Assembly (NCBI GenBank): GCA_031316155.1
Contig: JALDRB010000001.1
Span: forward strand, 309,572 to 341,571
Length of the DNA stretch: 32,000 nt
Source of the DNA: Candidatus Scalindua sp.
Lineage (GTDB): Bacteria > Planctomycetota > Brocadiia > Brocadiales > Scalinduaceae
Direction of reading: 5' to 3'
In this document: positions 25,409 to 32,000 of the stretch, one piece after another
How the letters are laid out: every line of letters begins with the position of its first letter
How positions within the stretch are numbered: the first letter of the stretch is position 1
Made by a program: the position numbers and the translations under genes
Notes under the pieces: model-generated
What the model was told of the DNA's origin: nothing
The model's input: the letters and a program-made list of their open reading frames with translations, nothing else
The model's database searches: none

Positions 25409-25624
25409 TTATGTGTTTTCTTCGAATTTTGATACGTACGCTTCACAAATAAATTCATCTTCACCCAGCTGGTCTAATCTGTTTATTGTGCAGAACTTTT
25501 CCTCTTTCTGGTCATCGTCTTTTCTGCATGTGGTACACAGCGACGGTTTTTCCATGAGATTCGGATTAATCTTTGTTCCGTCATCATCATAAAAACCTCT
25601 GATTTCATCTTCCGGTTTGGCCAT
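25409..25624 (-). CDS. Small acidic Cys-containing protein (71 aa), unknown function
   Basis: ATG at 25624 is preceded by AAGGAAA. It has four Cys residues (CTTC ... C ... C). It lies 25 nt upstream of the SWIB gene on the same strand. Confidence 0.55.
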   Translation of the reverse strand: MAKPEDEIRGFYDDDGTKINPNLMEKPSLCTTCRKDDDQKEEKFCTINRLDQLGEDEFICEAYVSKFEENT

Positions 25625-25812
25625 TTAATTTTCCTTTCTGGTTCGATGTTATAACAGTTAAATATACCGAAAAAGTTTTGTTTTTCTTGCTAATGGGTTG
25701 TGGTTTGATCTCAGATCACTATTTTTGTCAACAAATTAGATTTGGCCCTATATCGCACTAAAATAATCCTAAGGGCTTTACGCATTTTTTTGCATTAATT
25801 TTTCGTAAATTT

Positions 25813-26115
25813 TTGTTAGGGCATCAATTAGATATTTTGAAAAAGCTATACGCACAGGCTCTGGCTGAAAATGATATTCGAAAATGGGCAAGGCTTCTCC
25901 CTGAATATTTATGGTTGTCAGCACACTATACAGGCGAGATTATAACGCCTGTTATGGATGGGCTTTATATATGGCCACACGCACCTGGCGCCATTGCAAA
26001 AATGAAAGCAAGGCCGTTACCGATGACATATGCAGCGAAAAGCAGCTACACAAAAAACTTGCTTGACACATGCACTAATGAAATACCGAAAAGGTTTCAG
26101 GAATACCATATATAG
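25813..26115 (+). CDS. Hypothetical ORF (100 aa), doubtful
   Basis: The start is TTG, there is no clear SD and I recognise no family. It is listed only because the region is otherwise empty. Confidence 0.2.
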   Translation: MLGHQLDILKKLYAQALAENDIRKWARLLPEYLWLSAHYTGEIITPVMDGLYIWPHAPGAIAKMKARPLPMTYAAKSSYTKNLLDTCTNEIPKRFQEYHI

Positions 26116-26300
26116 CATCGGTACGCTTTCGAGAAAGCTAACTTATATGAGATTTTCAATGATAAGTCAAAAACTAATTTTCATGTGTCAAGGTAAACCC
26201 AAAATGTCAGGAAGCGAAATAGTCACGAAAGATAGTTGCTGAATTTTTCGGAATGAATGAAAACGCTATCCAAAGTAGTGAGGATAAGGTGTCACAGCTT

Positions 26301-26402
26301 GACAGGTTGTCCGAGAATAGGTATTTAGGATAATTTTCAAGTCATAAGTCTCTTAATACCAACATAGAACTTTTGAAATTTTGTATTCTCGGACGACCTG
26401 TT
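26301..26402. repeat. Long-range inverted repeat in an AT-rich non-coding region
   Basis: gacaggttgtccgagaata (26301-26319) pairs with tattctcggacgacctgtt (26384-26402): 17 of 19 complementary positions, 64-nt spacer. Confidence 0.4.
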
Positions 26403-26723
26403 GATCAGTGATTATAACTTGATTTTATAGTCTTTTCATTTTAACAACATATAGAATGATAAGTTATGTTAAAAAGTCTTTTGACAATAAATGTGGATAA
26501 GTTGGTATAGATACTTGATGCGGAAATTGAATAATTGTTAAAAAGGGCTTAAATGTATAATACATAGGGATAATCAAAATCATTTTAAAAGAGTTGCGCA
26601 GTATGCGCTTAACGCGTTTTCAAAAATAGTGATATCGATCGTTAAAAAGAGAAAGATTCTGATTCTGCTAACATGCATACCTTAGCGTTGATTTTGAAAC
26701 ATGAATGGTTCTGATAGTTTTCA

Positions 26724-26753
26724 TTGACAAAGTATAAATCTTTAGGCTATATT
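26724..26753 (+). promoter_or_regulatory. Candidate sigma70 promoter of hicBA
   Basis: TTGACA (26724-26729), an 18-nt spacer, then TATATT (26748-26753). The hicB ATG at 26762 is only 8 nt downstream, which implies a leaderless or near-leaderless mRNA. Confidence 0.4.
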
Positions 26754-26761
26754 TTATCTTT

Positions 26762-27040
26762 ATGAAGACAGTAACTTTTAGGAAATATATAATAGAAGTC
26801 TTGAAAAATGCCGTTTATGAAAAGGGTGAAAGTTCTAATGTGATTATTGCTGAGGCACCAGACCTCGCGGGGTGTTTTACGCAGGGACGAAATTTTGAAG
26901 AAGCCAGGGAAAACCTTATTGATGCTATAGAGCTCTGGGTTACCGTCGGGTTGAAGAAAGGTGAGAAAGTGCCCATCGTAAATGGTTGTCGCATTGCCGC
27001 TGATGTAAAGGGATCAATAAAGAAAAAGCTTTATGCCTAA
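26762..27040 (+). CDS. hicB: HicB-family antitoxin
   Basis: The protein is 92 aa. IIAEAPDLAGCFTQGRNFEEARENLIDAIELWV matches the HicB/UPF0150 fold pattern. It overlaps the downstream toxin gene by 8 nt. Confidence 0.75.
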   Translation: MKTVTFRKYIIEVLKNAVYEKGESSNVIIAEAPDLAGCFTQGRNFEEARENLIDAIELWVTVGLKKGEKVPIVNGCRIAADVKGSIKKKLYA

Positions 27041-27251
27041 ACTGAAACCCTGCCTACGGCGGATATTGGTCAGGAAATTGAAAGAATTTGGGTTTAAAGG
27101 GCCATACTCTGGTGGCAAACATAGTTGGATGGAGAAAGAAAATATTCGCCTTATAATTCCCAATCCGCATAAGGGCGATATAGATGTTGGGCTTATCAGA
27201 AGGATTTTGAAACAGGCCAAAATACGCCCTGAAGAATGGAATAAGTTATAA
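27033..27251 (+). CDS. hicA: HicA-family mRNA interferase toxin
   Basis: The protein is 72 aa. LVRKLKEFGFKGPYSGGKHSWMEK...IPNPHKGDIDVGLIRRILKQAKI matches the HicA (YcfA-like) pattern, including the conserved His. Confidence 0.8.
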   Translation: MPKLKPCLRRILVRKLKEFGFKGPYSGGKHSWMEKENIRLIIPNPHKGDIDVGLIRRILKQAKIRPEEWNKL

Positions 27252-27403
27252 TCCCATCCGATCTCCTTGCCAAAAAGGTTATTGGGCAAGAAAGTGGCCA
27301 CAGCTTGATTAGTGGTTATATAGTTTACATTTTACAGTTTCTTCCTCGCATTTTCGGGTACAGTTTTTTGTTACCGGCCAGATTAACCTTCATACTCTCA
27401 ATC

Positions 27404-30400
27404 TTATTCCTTTTCCTTCCTGTTAAGTTTCAGGAATATCTCTTTTGCCAGTAAGGGAAACACTACTGACTGAAAATCTTTGTCATCCATATACCGTGTT
27501 ACTATCTTGTCATTATCCGCCATACGCTGGATCATGAAATCCTCTATCATCTTCTTTATGCCAAGCTCAAACTTATCGAGCGGATTTGCCTTGGCCGTTT
27601 CAATGACACGATCATCATCACACGCCTTTTCCTTAATCTGCTCAAAAAACAGCCTGTCTTCTTCCTTAAACTCAGTATGAAACCGTTGGTTCAGCACTTC
27701 GATAATATTTGATAAAGGTACCTCCCTGTCTTTTGCTTTTCTGGTGCCAATGTCCGCAGGGCTTTTTACCTCGATCTTTTCTCCTGAGTCGAGATCGATT
27801 ATGCCGGAAAAGCATCGTTCCAGCCGGTAATACGAAAGAGCGACATCATCTTCGGGTTTCACCACCGTCGTGGACTTATCACTCGGCAGATGAGGCAGGA
27901 GAAACCGTCCAAAGCTATACAATATTTCCAGATCCCTGTCCGCATATGGGATAATCTGGCTCATAAACGCATAGAGTCTCACATACGCGCTTAGCTTATC
28001 ACGAAATTGCTCTCTCTGCTCCTTCTCTTCAATGGCTTTAAACCTGTCGACGGCTGGCTGGGTGTGTTTCTCCATGCGCGCATGGTCGCTGAATGTCTGC
28101 TTTTCAATCGGTTTATAAAAAATCGTTGCAAAGGCCTCAACCTCTTCCCAGTGATACACCTGGAACTGGTCAAGATCATGCTTTAAATTCTCCATGCTCT
28201 GCGGATCGGTCTCCCCGAACAGCTCTGTCGTATCATAGTATGGTTTGAACGACTGATAAATTATGGCAGGATCATTGACAAAATCAAGAATAAATGGTTC
28301 TCTTTTTCCCGGAAACATCCTGTTAAGGCGGGATAACGTTTGCACCGCCTGCACCCCGGAGAGCTTTTTATCCACATACATCGCGCATAATTTTGGTTGA
28401 TCATATCCCGTTTGATATTTATTGGCCACCAGCAGTATTTGATAATCCATCGTATCAAACCTGTCTGCAAGCTGTGCCTCGTTTATGCTCGTTCCCGTAA
28501 CAATGTCGATGTTCATTCCGGGCTCGGTAAATTCCTCCTTTGTTTCCGGATCTTTCACCGTTCCGCTGAATGCCACAAGGGGCCTGATGTCATCATATCC
28601 GTGTTCCTTTATATATTTTTGAAATGCCTGCATATACTTTGCCGCCTGCAGGCGTGACCCGGCAACCACCATCGCCTTTGCCTGTCTGCCGATTAAATGC
28701 ACAATACGCCTGCGGAAATGCTCTACAATCACCTCTGTCTTCTGCTGAACGTTTACGGGGTGAATGTGCAGAAATTTTGAAAGTTTTTTTGACGCCTTCT
28801 TCCTGGGATACCTGGGGTCGTCTTCTACTTTCTTGATCAGTTTATAATAGGTCTTGTACGTGGTGTAGTTCTTTAACACATCGAGGATAAACTCCTCTTC
28901 GATTGCCTGTCGCATGGAATAGACATGAAATGGTTCCGGTTTCCCATCAATGCCTTTTCTGCCGAAGAGTTCAATGGTCTTCCCCTTCGGTGTTGCCGTA
29001 AACGCAAAGAAACTCAAGTTCGGCTGACGTCCGCGAGACTGCATTACCTCATTTAACCTGTCCTCAAAATCGGCCTCTTCCTCACTATCCATTGATGCAC
29101 CCGCACCTAAAATAGCCTTCAACTCCCGGGACGTTTCACCCGTCTGGCTTGAATGGGCCTCATCGACGATGACAGCATACTTCCTTTCAGAGATTCTGGT
29201 TTTCCACTCCGCCACCTTTTCTCTGATCTGTTGAATTTCTCTCTCGCTCTGCTGAATCTCTTCCGAAAACCCTGCAATTTCCATAAGACGTTTCAAAACA
29301 AAGGGGAATTTCTGCAGGGTGGTAATGACTATTTTCGTACCGTCAACCAGCGATTCTGCCAACTGTTTTGAATTCTCATCAATGGCCTGCAATACTCCCT
29401 GGGCGTGTTCAATCTGATAAATCGCGTCCTGAAGCTGTCGGTCCAGGACGCGCCGGTCGGTAATCACCACAACGCAATCGAATATCTTCACATCCTTATT
29501 GTTATGCAGGCTTGCCAGCCGGTGGCCCAGCCAGGATATACTGTTTGTCTTCCCGCTTCCTGCAGAGTGCTGAATCAGATAATTATGCCCTGCCCCATCT
29601 GCCCTCGTACTTTCAATCAAGTTGCGCACGGCAATCAGCTGGTGGTAACGGGGGAAGATCAGGGTCTCCCTCTTTACGATATGGGGTCTTCCCTGTGCAT
29701 CATACCTCTTTTCTTCCTTATGCTCAAGAAACATGAAGGAGCTGATAATCTCCAGCAGTGAATCCTTCTGCAGAACCTCCTCCCAGAAGTAGCCCGTTCG
29801 ATACCCTGAGAGATGGGATGGATTACCCGCACCGCATTTGATCTCACCGGGGCTGCTTCCCCGATTAAAGGGCAGAAAAAAGGTCTTTTCCCCCTTTAAT
29901 TGCGTTGTCATATACACCTCATTCACATCAGCGGCAAAATGGACCAGAGCCCTCCTTTTAAAGGAAAAGAGCGGAGCATTCGGACTGCGCGTAGAGCGGT
30001 ACTGCCTCACCGCATCATGCCACGCCTGCCCGGTGCCCGGGTTCTTCAGCTCGCAGGTGGCCACCGGCAGGCCGTTTATACTGAAGACAAGGTCAATGGT
30101 TTCGTTCGTTTCAGGATGGCAGGGCACCTGCCGGGTCACGCGCAGTCGATTCTTATTGTAGAGCTCTATTATCTCCTGATTAAGCCCATGCGATGGTTTG
30201 AAACATGCAATGAGAAAGGTCTTGCCGAAAAACTTGAACCCGTAACGAAGCACATGAAGTGTACCTTTGGAGTCAAGTTCCTTACAGAGCGTGGCTATCA
30301 GTTTTTCTGGCAAGGGAGAATGACCGTCAGCTCCTGCGTTATGGAGTTTTTCCATCTCCTGCCACAACGCAGGCTGTGTCTCTCTGATGAATGCGATAAT

Positions 30401-30526
30401 TTCGGAGGGAAACAGCGCCAGCCTCTTGTCCCAATCCCTGTTTGAGCCTTTTGTCCAGCCGGATCTGTTGATCAGGGTCTCTTCCAGATACGATTCAAAT
30501 GCCTTTTCCTTTGTCTGATCGCGCAT
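27404..30526 (-). CDS. hsdR: Type I restriction enzyme, R (restriction/translocase) subunit
   Basis: The protein is 1040 aa. It has an N-terminal nuclease-like region, Walker A (QHSAGSGKTNS), a DEAH box (IVDEAHSSQTGE), helicase motif VI context (QTLSRLNR) and a long helical C-terminus typical of HsdR. Confidence 0.95.
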   Translation of the reverse strand: MRDQTKEKAFESYLEETLINRSGWTKGSNRDWDKRLALFPSEIIAFIRETQPALWQEMEKLHNAGADGHSPLPEKLIATLCKELDSKGTLHVLRYGFKFFGKTFLIACFKPSHGLNQEIIELYNKNRLRVTRQVPCHPETNETIDLVFSINGLPVATCELKNPGTGQAWHDAVRQYRSTRSPNAPLFSFKRRALVHFAADVNEVYMTTQLKGEKTFFLPFNRGSSPGEIKCGAGNPSHLSGYRTGYFWEEVLQKDSLLEIISSFMFLEHKEEKRYDAQGRPHIVKRETLIFPRYHQLIAVRNLIESTRADGAGHNYLIQHSAGSGKTNSISWLGHRLASLHNNKDVKIFDCVVVITDRRVLDRQLQDAIYQIEHAQGVLQAIDENSKQLAESLVDGTKIVITTLQKFPFVLKRLMEIAGFSEEIQQSEREIQQIREKVAEWKTRISERKYAVIVDEAHSSQTGETSRELKAILGAGASMDSEEEADFEDRLNEVMQSRGRQPNLSFFAFTATPKGKTIELFGRKGIDGKPEPFHVYSMRQAIEEEFILDVLKNYTTYKTYYKLIKKVEDDPRYPRKKASKKLSKFLHIHPVNVQQKTEVIVEHFRRRIVHLIGRQAKAMVVAGSRLQAAKYMQAFQKYIKEHGYDDIRPLVAFSGTVKDPETKEEFTEPGMNIDIVTGTSINEAQLADRFDTMDYQILLVANKYQTGYDQPKLCAMYVDKKLSGVQAVQTLSRLNRMFPGKREPFILDFVNDPAIIYQSFKPYYDTTELFGETDPQSMENLKHDLDQFQVYHWEEVEAFATIFYKPIEKQTFSDHARMEKHTQPAVDRFKAIEEKEQREQFRDKLSAYVRLYAFMSQIIPYADRDLEILYSFGRFLLPHLPSDKSTTVVKPEDDVALSYYRLERCFSGIIDLDSGEKIEVKSPADIGTRKAKDREVPLSNIIEVLNQRFHTEFKEEDRLFFEQIKEKACDDDRVIETAKANPLDKFELGIKKMIEDFMIQRMADNDKIVTRYMDDKDFQSVVFPLLAKEIFLKLNRKEKE

Positions 30527-30621
30527 AAATAATTTTTGGGGTTTGTAATGAAAGATTTCTTAAGATCAGTTTTATCAATGATCTATATTTTGTTTGCAGT
30601 GTCGTATCATAAATAAAATAC

Positions 30622-31038
30622 CTATGTCAGCAAATTCAATATGACCTTGATCATGGTATCTTTTTCAGATGGATTACTTATCGCAATCATAATCGTCAAT
30701 GCAACTAAGGTGTTTTCGTCAATACGCCTTATGCCATCCTTTCGCAAAAGAATACCGTCCGAAATAATCGCATCCAGATTAAAATGTTCGATTTTTCGTT
30801 CAATTAAACGCTCTCCTTCAGATTGAACAGTTGCAAAAAATGCAACAGTTGCAGACCTTTTTAATTCATTAGATTTAAAGATATTATTTAAGTGTCTTGA
30901 TATAACAGATTTATCCCGACCAAATAACTCAGCCATTTGATTCAGGCTCAGCCATATGGTCTCCTTCTCAAGCCGGACCTCAAATGTATGTTTGTAGAGA
31001 ACAACTTTTCCTTTTGGTAATTCCTTATGCTTTACCAT
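30622..31038 (-). pseudogene. RhuM-family gene, C-terminally truncated or divergent
   Basis: The N-terminal 95 aa follow the RhuM pattern (VRLEKETIWLSLNQMAELFGRDKSVISRHLNNIFKSNEL ... HFNLDAIIS). After DAIIS the family's G-Y-R-V continuation is absent. The ORF ends at 138 aa, whereas as I recall full-length RhuM proteins are roughly 300+ aa. Confidence 0.65.
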
Positions 31039-31256
31039 ATCCTCTTATACCTGTTTTTCAGACCATTAGCGCTATGTTTAAAAAACAATGAACGGAATTC
31101 GGGACATTTGTTGATAGTAATGAGATTTTATCGAGTAACGCTTCATCTAAACAAGATTGAAATGCATTTCCCGTTACTTGATCGCTCATATTGTCTCTTT
31201 TTTTGGTAGTTTACAAAGAAAACTTTCATAACGCTTGTGTCTACAATTGGTTAAGG

Positions 31257-31285
31257 TTTATTTGCAACGCCGTATTGCAAATAAA
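31257..31285. other. AT-rich hairpin between RhuM-like and AlbA_2-like genes
   Basis: An 11-bp stem, tttatttgcaa (31257-31267) / ttgcaaataaa (31275-31285), with a 7-nt loop. Its function is unknown. Confidence 0.25.
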
Positions 31286-31429
31286 AAATAGCACATCTTA
31301 AGCCATAACATCTACCTGGTTACATAACGCAACCATTCGCAAACACTCTTAAGGATATAATCTTATGTTACTTATGATATTAAAGCGTTTTACTTGTCCA
31401 TACTCAGTTACATCGCGTTACATAAAATA

Positions 31430-32000
31430 TTAAGCCCAAAAAGGTAAATAACTGCTATCTCTTTTCGAGCCAGCTCCCTCAACTTTTGATTTTATCAAAC
31501 CCGATGTAATTGCATCTTTAAGAATTCTGGAAGCAGCAGGATAATTGCTGTCTTTAATACCTAACCTCTTGCGTAATGAAGCGTTTGTCATTTGCCCACC
31601 GGACACATACTGTAAACATGCATGTTGATAACATGCCCGAATTCTTTCTTCTCGCTTCATTTTAGAGAATTTTCTCGGCCCATAAAGAACAGTAATCGTG
31701 CTATGTGTGGATGCTCTAAAGTCTGGCGCAGGTAACTGAAAGACTTCGATGTTAAAAATAACTTTATCAATTCCGCTTCCTCTCTCTTCACAAATAGCCA
31801 TACGCCTCATTAGCGCCGCTAATTGTTCATTTCTGGATCTCGGAGGTTCATCAATGAATCGTAACGTGTCAATGAGTGGAACACCTGGATTTGTTATTTC
31901 CATACGATCTGAAAATATTTCTACAGTTGGACCGGCTCCAGTTATATGAAAATCCTGATGAATCAACGCATTTGCAACTAATTCTCTAATTGCGATTTGC
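31430..32000 (-). CDS. AlbA_2/HATPase_c_4-type putative DNA-binding ATPase (RecG-related C-terminal region), 5' end outside the window
   Basis: The reading frame stays open to the window edge. Upstream codons read QIAIRELVANALIHQDF, the family's RE..NA..H.D motif. These are followed by IEIFSDRMEITNPG and ICEERGSGIDKV. Confidence 0.75.
   Translation of the reverse strand, partial: QIAIRELVANALIHQDFHITGAGPTVEIFSDRMEITNPGVPLIDTLRFIDEPPRSRNEQLAALMRRMAICEERGSGIDKVIFNIEVFQLPAPDFRASTHSTITVLYGPRKFSKMKREERIRACYQHACLQYVSGGQMTNASLRKRLGIKDSNYPAASRILKDAITSGLIKSKVEGAGSKRDSSYLPFWA

Noticed and set aside
26030-26242. 70-aa plus-strand ORF
   Set aside because: It overlaps the already doubtful 25813-26115 ORF and has no SD or recognisable features.
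27014-27301. 95-aa minus-strand ORF opposite hicA
   Set aside because: It is antisense to a good HicA match.
29900-30445. 181-aa and other plus-strand ORFs inside hsdR
   Set aside because: They are antisense shadows in a GC-richer gene, and hsdR motifs fully explain the region.
1-32000. CRISPR arrays, tRNA/rRNA genes, transposase or integrase genes
   Set aside because: I found no regularly spaced direct repeats, no tRNA-like T-arm or acceptor patterns in intergenic regions, and no ORF with transposase or integrase motifs. A tRNAscan/Infernal run would be needed to exclude small RNAs formally.

Overview
This is a 32-kb, AT-rich bacterial chromosomal window (G+C about 40% by eye, not computed). 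It is almost fully coding, and I saw no rRNA, tRNA or CRISPR array. The gene content points to an anammox-type planctomycete (Brocadiales-like). That call rests on content only: a DUF11/OmcB-like lipoprotein, a SWIB-domain protein and a dedicated ACP-FabZ-FabF-KS-like-desaturase-like-B12-radical-SAM operon. No database hit supports it.

Layout:
- 0.16-1.3 kb: holA, split by a frame break.
- 1.4-3.0 kb: DUF11 repeat lipoprotein.
- 3.2-6.3 kb: small secreted or membrane hypotheticals, including a DUF1566 protein.
- 6.3-12.9 kb (minus strand): the six-gene lipid operon that matches the proposed, still unproven, ladderane fatty-acid pathway. A seventh secreted protein is translationally abutted to it.
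- 13.3-19.5 kb: DUF4384-like protein, proC, plsC, a nitrilase-family hydrolase, nifS/iscS and htrA.
- 19.6-23.8 kb: a second B12-radical SAM gene coupled to an 888-aa GlpX-like/TPR fusion.
- 24.0-25.6 kb: M23-like peptidase, SWIB protein and a small Cys protein.
- 26.1-26.8 kb: long AT-rich non-coding gap.
- 26.8-32.0 kb: hicBA, hsdR, a truncated RhuM gene and an AlbA_2/HATPase_c_4-type gene. This looks like a visibly GC-richer defence island.

A short intergenic repeat family occurs four times. It has a conserved 5' module placed just after sigma70-like promoters and a conserved 3' hairpin module. It is a candidate sRNA/leader or MITE family. All start codons and all non-coding calls are unverified predictions.
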